A program made the translations under genes and the position numbers. Below, piece by piece: positions 44,226 to 57,481 of a stretch of DNA of 64,000 nucleotides. The notes under the pieces were generated by a model, which ran no database searches, had not been told where the DNA came from, and saw nothing but the letters and a program-made list of their open reading frames with translations. The DNA is from the human T2T-CHM13v2.0 reference genome, Homo sapiens: assembly GCF_009914755.1 (NCBI RefSeq), contig NC_060940.1. One strand, written 5' to 3'. Positions within the stretch are counted from its first letter, which is position 1. Each line of letters starts with the position of its first letter.

Positions 44226-44992
44226 AAATTGGAAATTCACCAATCTATATGTTTTGGATAAAAATAAGCTCTGACTTATCCTAACCATTTTTTCACTTGG
44301 ATTTGATTTCTTCATCTGGTCTGTATAGTATCGTGGGGCAGTTTGTCAGATGTTACGTTTGGCAAATATTGAAACACAATGTCCACTGCATACAGGCTTC
44401 CCCTCTTCATTTTCACCTGATTAAGTTATCCTCCAGATCTTAGCATAGATTTACCTTCTATTGGAAATCCTTCTTCAGTTCTCCCATTGTGCATCAAGTG
44501 CTTTGCCCATTGTTCCATGGATTTACCTGTTGATTCCCACCTCACCCTAAGTCTTCTCAATTAGACTATGAGCTTCTGAAGGTCAGCACCTATTCCTTGC
44601 TCATCATTGAATTCCCAGTGCCTTGGCCATGTTTAATTGAAAGTACTTGGAAAACATTTTCAAGTGAATTAATTGAGTACAAAATAGTGTTATAAGTGTT
44701 ATAATGGGATATTAAAGGTGATGGATCAGCCAGGGAATATGGCTGAGGAGATTCAGAGAATGATTTTCAGGTCATAATCTGGATCCTGAAGGAATTTTTC
44801 CAAACAAATAATGGGATTAGAGGATCTTGAGTAAAGCCATCAATGTGGGCAAAGGCATGGAGACATGACTGAATATGAGGAGTTTGGAGAGGAAGAAAGA
44901 GTTACAAGTGATTACAGCACATGGTGCGTAGTCAGAAAGAAGGCGATAAAACTTTGAGTCAAAAGTTGATGCCAGCCATCACAATTGGTTGG

Positions 44993-45286
44993 TTTTTTTT
45001 TTTTTTTAGACGGAGTCTCACCTTGTCTCCCAGGCTGGAGTGCAACGGCATGTTCTTGGCTCACTGCAATCTCTGCCTCCTGGGTTCAAGCAATTCTCCT
45101 GCCTCAGCCTCCTGAGTAGCTGGGATTACAGGTGCATGCCATGACTCCCAGCTAATTTTTTGTATCTTTAGTAGAGACGGGGTTTCACCATGTTGGTCAA
45201 GCTGGTCTCAAACTCCTGACCTCATGATCTGCCCACCTTGGCCTCCCAAAGTGCTGGAATTACAGGTGTGAGCCACTGCGCCCAGC
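44993..45286 (-). mobile_element. AluS inserted at the tail of the adjacent AluJo
   Basis: Antisense dimer with cacaattg on both sides. Confidence 0.93.
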
Positions 45287-45294
45287 CCACAATT

Positions 45295-45592
45295 GTTTTT
45301 ATAGAGAGGGGGTCTTGCTCCATCACCCGTGCTGAAATGCAGTGGCATAATCATAGCTCACTGAAGCCTGGAACTCCAGGGCTCAAGCAATCCTCCTGCC
45401 TCAGTCTCCCGAGTAGCTAAGACCACAGGTGTGCACCATCACACCAGCTTGATTTATTTTTTAATTTTAATTTTCTGTAGAGATGGAAGTTGCTATGTTT
45501 TCCAGACTTGTCTTGAACTCCTGGCTTCAAGCAATACTGCCTCAGCCTCTCAAAGTGTTGGGATGACAGGTGAGAGCCACTGCACACAGCCA
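45295..45592 (-). mobile_element. AluJo
   Basis: atcatagctcactgaagcc. Outer TSD ccatcacaatt at 44975 and 45594. Confidence 0.9.
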
Positions 45593-47648
45593 ACCATCAC
45601 AATTACTCAGAAAGAAGTGAGAGAAACTTGATATTTGGCATGGAAAAATACCTTCATCATTATTCCTTGATCCTGGTGACTACTCCTCTTTCCATAGATT
45701 TCTAGCCATTACAGGCTGGTGACACCACAGGCATACAGATAACGCTATTTCAGAAGACACAGAAATGGCTTGTCTTCAGCACCGTTGGCCGTGGACAGCT
45801 CCCCAGGCAAAGCTGAGCTTTTGCTTTTGCTACCAAACCAAATGGTCCAGCCCTTTGGTTTGTCTCCATGCAGGGCATGTGGCAGTCCAGAACTCGCAAC
45901 CTGTGGTGGCAGAGCATTCCACATTTCAGAACCAAGAAGTAACAGCTACCCTCACTGGCATAGCTTCAGCATTTCCTCATTTAATCCTCACGACTCTTAT
46001 CAGGCAGATGTTATTTTTGTTCCTCTTTTGCAGAGAAAACTGAAGCAAAGAGAGAAGAGATGAGTGGAAGAACCAGAACTCAAGCCTGGTTCCTTCTGAC
46101 ACCAATGTCTGTGCTCTCAGTCCCTGCGCTTGTTTTCTAGCGAGCACTAGCAGACACTTACAGAGGTCTCCACTGCCTCTCAGATGCCCAAGCATGGATG
46201 TTTTCTCTAGCATTGCAGACAATTCGTAGTTGGAGTCTTACTAGAGCAAACTCAACAATCCTGGGAGGGATAGGAGGAGAGAAGGCTTTTCCTAGCTCAC
46301 CCCCTCCTGAGTTTGAAAGGGCGCTCTCAGCTTAATGTGTCATCTGGCAAGCAGGTGTGTGCTCCTGAAATGTTCTGGCAATTGCACCTGTGAAAGGGAA
46401 GTTAGTGAAATTCAGGGATTAAATATCTCTGTTACCAATAGAAGTCGCTGAAGCTGCAGTTGGTGGTGGTGGTTGCAGGGAGGAATGGCTACTTTCTCAC
46501 TAATTTTATTTATAATTATACTTCCCTAATGATTGTCTGGGACCTGGGCATTGGGAGGTCCATCTCGATGTCTGCAGGGGAGATGCATTGAGCTCTCCCC
46601 AGAGCTGCTGCATCCTGGCTGTGCTTGGGTGGGCGTGCTCACATATGGCATAAGTATTTCTTTCTTAATGGTTGCATGCCGCTCCCCTCCCCCTCTTTAA
46701 AATGAACCCATACTGTGCCCCATTAGCTGAAATTGACATGATGCTTATTTTCAATACCATTTCTTTACAGAACTCAGTCTCACTGTGCATTGCTAGCTTT
46801 TTCCCTTTGCTAAGTGGAATGAAGAACCCCTGGGAAAGTGTAGTGGCAGCTTTTCAGAAACTGCAGAGCCCAGCTCCTACCTTCCCACCCCCACACCTGC
46901 AGCTCAGAGAGCATCACATATTATGCAAACATTAAGAATTCCTCCTTCAATGCAGAATCCTCTGGAAATCTCAGAATCAAAAAGCTCCATGATAAAAATG
47001 CATGAAGCAGTGTCCTTATTGGTAAACTTACATATCCAGCTGAGATACTGTACATGATAATGCAATTTTCTATGCAAAAAGGGTTTATCTCCATCCAAAT
47101 ATTATTCCATGTCATTATTCATTCTGGAGAAGTGATTGCTGTCCTAGGTTAACTGATTGAACTTTTAGAACCAAAGCTTCAAGCTTATCTTACTGGCTAT
47201 TGCCTGACTTCTCATAAATTGCCATTAGATTGGTAGGAATGAATAAATGCACACTCTATTAGGAAATATTAAAGTTTTTATACTGGTTTAGAATAAAAAC
47301 AGGATTAAAGGGGCATTTCTTAGATTCAGTACAGCATGAAATTGAAATCTTTTTTGGCATGTGAAATATACAGTATGAATATTCTTCCCATTTTCTGATA
47401 GCCAGGGGATTATGAAGACTGGACAAACCATTCCAGAGTTCGCCTATAGATGCTAAAACAGGAGAGGTAGGAAAAGCCCATCTTGGTATTTCCCAAGTGT
47501 GTGTCTATTAATTATCAGACTCTTAAATAATAACAATAACAGCAGCAGCAATAAACATTTCTTAAGTTTAGATATATGCCAGGCATTCTTATAGGCTTTT
47601 TCACCTTTAGACGTATTTTTTAGGCTGATTAAGAAGCTGGGGCTGTGG

Positions 47649-48026
47649 GGCCGTGTGCAGTGGCTCACACCTGTAATCCCAGCACTTTGGGAGGCCTAGG
47701 TGGGCAAATTGCTTGAGCCCAGGAGTTCAAGACCAGCCTGGGCAACATGAGGAAACCCTGTCTCTACTAAAAATACAAAAAATTAGCTGGGCGTGGTGAC
47801 ATGCACCTGTAGTTCCAGCTACTTGGGAGGCTGAGGTGGGAGGATCACCTGAACCTGGGAAGTTGAAGCCGCTATGAGCCATCATTGCACCACTGTATTC
47901 CAGCCTGGGCAATGGGAGTGAGATCCCATATCAAAAAAGAAGAAGAAGAGAAAGAAGAAGAGGGAGAGGAAGAGGAAGAGGAAGAAGAAGAGGGAGAGGA
48001 AGAGGAAGAAGAAGAAGAAGGAGAAG
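47649..48026 (+). mobile_element. AluJb with (GAA/GAG)n tail
   Basis: Dimer to ~47938, then a pure-purine triplet tail. agaagctgg on both sides. Confidence 0.92.
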
Positions 48027-48359
48027 CTGGAACAAGGCTGCCTGCCTTAGTCCTTCTATGTGAGTTTGGGCAAGCTGTTGTCCTCTATGTGCCTCAGTTT
48101 CCCATTTGTAAAAGGGATAATAGCTTTCTACCTCATGAGATTAAGTGATTTGAATGATGTAATACATGTAAAATGGGTCCGGAAACATAGACAGCTCTAA
48201 ATAATTCTTTGTTGTTGTTTTTATTATCGTTTTATTTTGATGATTCTTCCAAGAACCTTATGTGGTAGATATTATTAGTCTTAGTCCCATTTTCTAGATG
48301 CTAAAACTAATAAGGTAGAAATTGATGATTCACCGAAGTAACAGTAGGTGTTTATAACA

Positions 48360-48915
48360 CATACTATTCTGGCTGGCAATGTGGTATAACAAATTCACAA
48401 AACTTTATACCATTAAACAACCACAATTTTATTATGCTCATATATTCTGTGGTGGAAGGACTAGAGCACTATACAAAAAGGTTGTTTCCCTCCATGGTAT
48501 CTGGTGTCTTAGATGGAAAATCCCAAATGGTTGCTACTGAAATCCTCTGGAGTCTTCTTAATTTATATGTTTTGGATCTAGGCTGGTATGAAACAAAAAC
48601 TGGGTCACCTGGGATGGTTGATTGGAGTTTCTACATATGGCCTCTCCATATGGCTTGGGCTTCCTCACAGCATGGAGACCTCAGAGTAGTCCAACTTCTT
48701 AGAGCAGCTCAGAGCTCCAAAATTTAATGTTCTAGTGACAAAGTTAGAAGCCGCATGATCTTTATAACCTAACCTTGGACATCACGTACCATCATTTCAT
48801 ACTCTAGTGGTCAAAGCAATCACTAGCCCAACTGTGTTCAAGGCAAGAAGACATAGACTCATTTTCCATGGGAGAAATGTCATGGACTTTGCAGCTATGC
48901 TTTATAGCCAACACA
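48360..48915 (-). mobile_element. MLT1 (G/H-type) LTR
   Basis: aaacaaccacaatttattatgctca...ggcctctccatatggcttgggcttcctcacagcatgg. Confidence 0.7.
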
Positions 48916-51900
48916 CAAACTGTTAGACCTGATGCTACCTTTGTGTCTAGATGTTGACAGCTGTTACTTACTCCATCAAGAGTACAGTGTGGCTCTTGAA
49001 AAGCTCAAAGCTCAGAGTATGAACTACTTGAGGCACTTTCTCAGTACTTGTGAGCCCAGCCCTTGGCAGCATTGCCATCTTGGAAGCTATTTGCATTCAC
49101 ACTTATGCAATTTCTCTCCCATGAATATTCAGGTTCCCACTCACTTGCCTGGGCCTGTGTGTGCCTGTGTGTGTGCATGTGAACGTGTATGCCTGCATAG
49201 TATCAGCCTCTTCTGTCTTCATCATTCCACCCTCCTACTTCATTTTCCTTCCCCGCTTTTCCCTTCTACTTCTTTCTTTCCAGTGGATTCAATTAGTTCT
49301 CTTTGCTGCCTTAGGAATAAAACAGTTCCCTCCGCAGCATTTGAATGAGTCTCTATCATTATTTCATTTAGATTGTTGTTATGTTTGAAAACTTCAGGGC
49401 AGGGCAGGCAGGAGGAAAGGAATGTTAATTTGCAGGGAGTCCCCATTGTGTGGTGGAAGTGCTGTGGAACAGGAGCCAAGAAGCTGCCACTTGATGTGCT
49501 CATAGATACGTAAAGAATTGATGAGGAATGCTTAAAACTGCACAACTCCTGTGTCTGCTCCTGCTGAGACCCATGACCTTGCAGGAGAGAGCAGTTGCGC
49601 AGGTTCTGACCATGGCCTGGTTTGCAATGGCTGATTGACACAACTCCTTTTGCCTTTTGAATAGAAATATTTCCTCTGAAAGTGCGTGTGTGCGGATGTG
49701 GATGGATGTGTGTATTTATGTGTGCTCATGTGTGTGTGTATGCATGTGGCGTCATTCAGTTTCCCTCCATACACTCCTATTATGGAGATGCTCTTTCACT
49801 ATGGCCATCACTGGGAAAATGCAGTAGGTGGCAGAGACTGCACTTAGTATCCTTGTAATTTGACTCACAGAATGTCAGAGGATGTTACACAAAGCAAGGA
49901 ATTAAGCTCCGTGAGTGCTGGAGTGACATTGATTATGTAGGAATGACATATAAATAATTACAAAGCACTCAGGGTTTTTGTTAGTAATCTGTGTTTGGAG
50001 TCCCCTTTCAGGAGTTTGAAATGTCATCATGTAGCTGAATAGTGCTAACAGACCTGCATTTCACTCCTGCTTCACACTGTGCTAAACAGGAATCATATTT
50101 GTTACTATGCTGAAGAACATCTTAGTGGAAAAAATCAAAAGGGCTGGTGTGGAGTAAGCAGGATTAGATTTAAATCTAATCGCCTTTCCTCTTTTCCACT
50201 GCTATTTGGCTTACACACAGTGGTAGTATTTGTGGGAAACAAGGGTTAGTTTGCTTGCTGGAAGGTACAAGGAGGAAAGGCTGGTACTGGAGCAATCGGG
50301 AGCAATCCCAGACCACAGTGGATGAAAGGAGGTCCCTACGTTGTTGTACATTAGATTGTTTTTTAGAAAATGGCCTTCCTGCTGTGTTTCTGTGACTAGT
50401 AAGTTTTAAATCTACTCAACTGCTTCCATTTCCCTTTTTTTTTTTCTCATCCTGAGATTAAACCTGGGACTGTCTGAAAGCTTTCAAACTGGAGAATGGA
50501 TCAGACCAGCTTTGGAATACAAGTGGAGATTGGACTAGGAAGGTACCTCTCCATTCATTATTCAGTGAATAAATATGTCACACAAAGAGAAGTTTCATGA
50601 CAGACTCTGGGGTCACAGTCACTAATTACGCCAACTAATTATCAAGTCAAGGTGTTGGGCTCTTTAGCTTTAGATAAGTTTCACAACAGCAAGTGGCCAA
50701 CTGAATGGGCCAATTGAAAACTAGTATTAATAACATGAAGACATAAAATGGAAATGCTTTGGGAGGGGGTGTGGATATGTGTACTTGGACAAGAAAGGCC
50801 ATTTTGCTCATGAAAAATGAGTCCTTAGAGTTGTGTAAGAATGAGGGAAAATTTTAGTAATTAATCACATTTGTCATAATGAGGAGAGGAAATCAACATG
50901 ATAAAAGGATTTGACGGAACGGATTATAGGCAAATTTAAAAGAGGGAGGAAAAAAAAGGCAACAAAGGGCATTGCTGCATTGCTGGCTTGGGAATTGTGC
51001 TGTTTAAAAATCCTCAATCATTCTTACAGTCAATTCTACATTTTCTCAATAGCCACATGAAACACAGCTCTCTCTTCATTGTCTTAGATTAACCACTAAT
51101 GGCAAACCATACATTAAACAAAGTATTGAGTATTTGTCTTCCAAAAATACACTTAAATGTTGTTTATTTCCCCGATAGGTCTGCTATGATGCATTTAGGT
51201 GCCATATTGCTAACTACATACTGTACTTTAATATCTGCACCAGCTAGTCTTCAACTGCCTTACTTAGGAAGCAGCTGTGCTGGGGCCCTGCAATTACAGA
51301 TAGAGTTTTTCTCATAAACTGTTTAATTGTTTGCTTCTGGAAACAATTAGACTGACGGTATTATAGAGGGAGTGTCGTATTGCAGGCAGCAATCCTCTTT
51401 ATGAGTTTTCTTAGCAAAATGCCATGTTGGCATATGTTGGACCCACAAAGAAGATTCAGTTAGATGGTGACCTGACCTCCAAGAAAATTGTGCTCAACAG
51501 TATGATGGCTCAGTAGAGGCCTCCCTGGAAAATGGCTCTGCCAAGGGGAAGTCAGTCTATAAATAAGAGCTGTCCTGGCATGGGTTGCTTCTGATGAGAA
51601 TGGCACTAGGTATGGATGACACCCTTTCCCCTCTGCTACAGTGGTGGTAAACCTTGTAGTTTTCTTCAAGGCTGATTCAATAGCAGAACATTATCATAAT
51701 TCATCATTCATGACGTTTGTCCAACTTGAGACATTTTCACGGGGCTGATGGTTTGCAAAGCCCTGGGAAGTAAATTGCTCTGGGAAGGAGTCAGATGTGT
51801 TGATATCTTTCTTTCATAGTCCAGGTCTCATAACATTAGTGATTGATGGCCAGAATGGCCTCACAGCTCCCTGGTGCTGGTGAGTTTCAGTTGGGTGTTT

Positions 51901-52737
51901 AGTTTGTGCGAGATACTGTGTTATGTGTTATTCATGCATGATTATCTCATTTATTCCTGAGAAGCTCTTTACGCATTTGTGTTACTATTTTCATGTGAAA
52001 GGTGAGGAAACAGAGGCTTAGCAAAATTAAGTGCTGGTGTGTTCAAGATCACTTAGTGATATCAAGTAACGAGTCCTAGTCTCAAGCCCAGGCCTGTCTG
52101 GCTCTAATCCCCTGGCTTTTAACAATGGTAACATACAGTTTCCTGCATCTTAATAAGGAAAGGAGATTTCTTATTCCCAGTGTTGTCTTTTATGCCACAA
52201 GGCCAATAAAAGCACCAAACAAATGGGTTTCACTTATTTTTTTAATTGCTTATTTCTTCTGTTACAAATCAATAAATTTATTAAATTTTCCCGTATTTAT
52301 TCAGCACCTACAATGTGTCTGACACAACGGTAGGTATAGATCTATAGCAATGCCTTCATGCAATTTGCTAGTGGAGGCAAGTGGGAGGCATAAAATAAAC
52401 AGGTAAACAGAAATATACAACGTAATTTAAGACAGCCAGAATCGCTAACAAGGACAATAATGTAATAATTATTGACTTGGTTGTGGTTCTTATGATGGGA
52501 ATGGTTGAACAAGACTTTTCTGAGGAAGTTTTATCTGAGTTGAAGCCTGAATCATGAGAAAGTGCCGGTCTTATAAAGAGCTGGGGAAAGGGCAAGTTCA
52601 AAGTTCTCAGTAATGAAATGAGCTTTGTATCTTCTAGCTAAGCTAGAACTTACATAAAGCCAGAGTGTCTAGACTAATCCATGGCAGCTCTATTTAAGGC
52701 CCTGGTAAGGAGCCTCCAATCACACACTCCATACAGC

Positions 52738-53590
52738 TACCCATCCACTTATCCATCCATCCACCCACCCACCCATCCATTCATTTAGCCATTCATCCAC
52801 CCACCCACCCGTTCACTTAGCCATTCATCCACCCACCCACGTGTCTGTGGATTCATTCACCTACCACCCATCCATCTATCCATCCATCCATCTACCCATC
52901 CATCCACCCATCCACCTACCCATCTGTACTAGCCCATTCTCATGCTGTTAATAAAGACATACCCAAGACTCGGTAATCTATAAAGGAAAGGGGTTTTAAT
53001 TGACTCACAATTCTGCATTGCTGGGGAAGTCTCAGGAAACTTAACAATCATGGCAAAAAGCACTTCTTCATAGGGTGGCAGGAGAGAGAATAAGTGCCCA
53101 GTGAAGGGGAAAGCCCCTTTAAAACCCTCAGATCTCCTGAGGACTATCACGATCACAAGAACAGGATGGGGAAAACCACTCCCATGATTAAATTATCTCC
53201 ACCTGGTCCCTCCCACAACACATGGGGATTATGGGAACTACAATTCAAGATGAGATTTGGGTGGGGACATAACCAAACCATATCACCATCCATCCATCCA
53301 TTCATCCACCCATCCATCTATCCACCTACCCATCAACCTGCCCATCCACCCATCCATCCATTCATCCACCCATCTGCCTATCTATCTACCCATCCAGGTA
53401 CCCATTCATCCACCCACCCAGTCATCCATCCATCTACCCATCATCCATCCATCTGTCCATCCATCTGCCCACCCATCCACCCACCTATCCATCCACTCAG
53501 CCTACTATCCATCCATTCATTTATTCATTAATCTGTCCATCCATTCATCCTTCCACCCCTCCACCCCTCCACCCACACATCCATTCATTC
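52738..53590. repeat. Degenerate (CCAT/CCAC)n simple repeat split by THE1
   Basis: Direct reading of 52738-52924 and 53286-53590. Confidence 0.95.
52925..53285 (-). mobile_element. THE1 (C/D-like) solo LTR
   Basis: tgtactagcccattctcatgctg...aaagacataccc...aaaccatatca. TSD ccatc. Confidence 0.92.
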
Positions 53591-54004
53591 AACAAGCAGT
53601 CACCTAGTCCTACTCCACAAGTCCCCTTGCTAACATGGAAATCACAGAGATCAATAGGGCATACTTCTTGCCTTTAAGAAACTCCATACTATTAAAAGAG
53701 TCAGAAATTAATACAAATAATATGAAAGTGTGTTCATAATGTAATCCTCAGGAGACTAAAGGAGCCTGAGAGAGGCAACAATAAACTGTGGAGGTGACAT
53801 TCCGGGCATGCTTTGGAGAAGGAGTATTTCCAGATAGAAAAAGAGGAAGAGGAAATAGCATGCCCAAAGACCCAGATTTTGGAAAAACCATGGCATGCAT
53901 GGAGAGGTTTGAGGGTGAATGGCTGACACAGGGTAGTGCTGGGAGATGAGGATGGAGAACTTCGTAGATCATGTGGTTCTAGGTCAGAGGTCATAAAATG
54001 GAAG

Positions 54005-54557
54005 TAAGAGGCTGTAGCCTTTTGGCTTGCAGGTGTGCTTTCTTTACCTTGGCCCGAGGTTTTAAAAGAATACATCAATTTCTTAATGTTTAATTAGGAC
54101 ATCTTTTACATTACTTAGATTTCTAGCTTCTCTTGGAAAAATCAGAAAATTTGGCCACACTGCACCCATATTTCTGTAAGGTTACAATGGGCTGGCCATC
54201 AAAGCAAAACTGCCCTCTTCAACTGGGGCATATGTTCCCTAATTTTCCAGGATCCCTGCCCTTTCCAACTGTATTCCCAAAATTGATGCCGAGTATCAGT
54301 TTTTTTTCATCATCACACTGGCACTATTGTCTTATAGTAAAGAGGAAAGTGAAATATTTCCTTGACTTATGTCTTCATCAGACACAAAAGGAGGCAAACA
54401 AAAGCTAGTTTGAGAGATCTGTCTGATTCAAGAACAGTAAAAGAGAAACTACATTTTTTTGTGGAAGTGAAGAATATTCCTTGATCTTTAATATGCAAAC
54501 AAAGTATGTCATTGTGGGAAGGATACAACTCTAGGTGGTGTTATAGAAACACACACA

Positions 54558-54597
<40 letters not shown>

Positions 54598-54675
54598 CAC
54601 ACACACACACACACCCTGCCTTATTCCTTTCTGTTACATGGTTGGCCCTCAAACACATGTGAGTCTGTGACCATT
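54005..54675. mobile_element. MER102-like hAT element containing (CA)n at 54550-54613
   Basis: agatttctagcttctcttggaaaaatcagaaaatttggccacactg. Confidence 0.6.
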
Positions 54676-55507
54676 AGTGCAAGGATTGGAGAATCTTGAA
54701 GGATTTTAAGCAGGGGAGAGATACAAATATTGTTTGATCAGTGGTTTAGTAAAATCACTCTGGTGGCAGTGAGGAGGGCTGCAGAAGATGATGATGATTT
54801 TGCGGTGGGAGGTGAGTGCAGGGTACATCTAAAAGCTGAACTGTTAAATAGAAAGGCTGTTACAATGATCCAGTTGAGGGATGATTAAGACAAGACAGTG
54901 GCTGGAGGAGTTGAGAGCAAGGGCAAGACTGACAATTTAGACTGTGCATGAAAGTGATGAATCACATGACAACCATTTGAGTCCCTTCCCATGCTCTGAT
55001 TTCACTCCAAAGAAGATCGCAGATCTTCAGATTCAATATTGACCACAAACCTTCCTGCAGAAGTAGAGGCATCTGTAGCCTCTTGAAACCTACAGTACAT
55101 CCTTGCGGTGAAACTGCTTTGTTGATAAAAATGATCCCTGTGTGAAACAGATGTCACTGGTGCTGGCACAGAGAGATGAGGAAGGATAAAGAATTACAGT
55201 GGAGTTGAAAACACTGTTAAAAAAATAAAAGACCTAACAGTATAGCACAGCAAAGAAGCAAAACTGCTTTGAAGCTACATATTTTTTCTGCACCTGACAG
55301 TGAAAACCTGTGAAACTTCATACTTCATGGAAAAAACTGAAGTGAAATTTGTTACAGTAGCTCCCTTCAATTTGTGCTATACATACGTCTTATCTCTTTA
55401 ATATGACCAAGAGCAACCTGAGGGAAGGTACCTAGCCATGTGTCTCCTAGCTTATTTTAATAACCCTGTGCCTATGTTTATAGTTAAATAAACTCAGTTT
55501 TCTGATG

Positions 55508-55647
55508 CAGAACTGGCATGTAAGGCTGAGCAGGTTGTGCACAAAATAGTGTCCTAGGAGGACACTGTTTACATAGATATCATTGTGAATAGTGTTCTCT
55601 AGATTTTTGCCATGGTTCAGCCTGTGTAACTGTACTTGGCAACCTTA
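55508..55647. mobile_element. MER91-like palindromic hAT MITE
   Basis: ggctgagcaggttgtgcac...tttacatagatatcattgtgaata...cagcctgtgtaactgta. Confidence 0.6.
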
Positions 55648-55806
55648 TTAGACTAGATCCCAGTACCACATTATTTTGATTACTGTAGCTTTGTAGTATA
55701 TTTTGAAATTGGGAGTTGTGAGATCTCCAGCTTTGTTCTAATAAAACTTTTAAAAACCTTGGTTCAAGTTATTTAACTACTTTGAGCCTTATGTTCCTTA
55801 TCTTTA

Positions 55807-56001
55807 TAGCCATACCTCATTTTATCACACTTCACTTTATTGCACTTTGCAGATATTGCATTTCTTATAAGTTGAAGATTTGTGGCAACCCTGCATTGAG
55901 AAAGTCTATAGGCATCATTTTTCCAGCAATGGGTGCTCACTTTATGTCTCTGTGTCACATTTTAGTAATTCTTGCAATACTGTAAACCTTTTCAGTATTA
56001 C
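55807..56001 (+). mobile_element. Tigger1 5' fragment
   Basis: catacctcattttat...ttgaagatttgtggcaaccctgcattgag. Confidence 0.88.
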
Positions 56002-57079
56002 TATATATAATATAGTAATATATTATATAATATATATAATAGAGAGAGTGTAAAAATAACGAATGTGTCCTCCCGTCATGCCCTGGTCATATGTTCTGGA
56101 ATTTCCATCCCTCTTCCTTTTCATCTTGTCAGGTGTCTAATTTAGAGGGAACATCAAACTCGGCATTTTTCTTCCTGGAGGCTACCATGGGGGCCATCTA
56201 GATGCAAGTATCTCGTCGGGTGGGGCTTTTAGAGAATCAAAACTTCTAGAGGTCAAGGACTGAGCCTGTCTTGTAAACTGTAGAGTTCCCAGCTCCCTTG
56301 ATGGCACCTGGCACATTGAAGAATCACAGTAAACATTTAGAATTTATGTTCCTGGGTTGGGCCTTTGAATGGAAGGTAACTTTAGTTCTGTAGAGAGATG
56401 TTATCTTCTAAGCGGCACACAATCCCTGTGTGTGCCTTCTCCCCTGCCTCTCTCCAGAGCCCCCAGAATAACTTGCAGCATTATCAGTCTGTCATAGAAA
56501 GATTCCTCCTGCACCTATGACGAGATAAGGGAGATACCTTGGTTACCCCTGTTCTCCATTTCCCCTAATTCTCTCCACCCTCAAACGGGAGAGAGAAATA
56601 AGAAGTTCTGAATAGAAGAGGTGCTTCCTGCTTCTTTCTTACCCACTTAAACAATGTCTTTGCTCTAACCCTTATATCATTCCCATTCGATACTAGTATT
56701 GATCCTGTCATTGATTGTCTTTTTAGCTATTTCTAATTGGTTACAAATGTTAATCATGGTCTCTCTGCCTAACAGATTGTTTCTGTTATCAATACCTGTG
56801 CTCAAATTGCCATAGCTTTGTAGTTTTAACCCATTGTCAGGACTGTTGAGCGTACCCCAGCTTGCTGTCTCTTATGTCATCGAACCAAGTCTGCTCCCTT
56901 TAGGGTCCTTCTTTCCATGTGGGTGTAACTGTCTGGGGCCTCAAGGATGCCTAGGCCTGGGCTTTCTCATTTATCTGAACTTCAGAAATGGATAGTTCAT
57001 TGACTGATCCCCATCCTCTACAAGGATAAAAAGACCACCTTGGCTCAGAGCACCACAGCCACCTATGCTGCCTCTTTTA

Positions 57080-57481
<402 letters not shown>

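Noticed and set aside
47885-48148. Poly-Glu ORF
   Set aside because: Alu end plus GAA/GAG tail plus MIR.
53094-53607. His/Pro/Ser/Ile-rich ORFs
   Set aside because: Translations of the THE1 LTR and (CCAT)n repeat.
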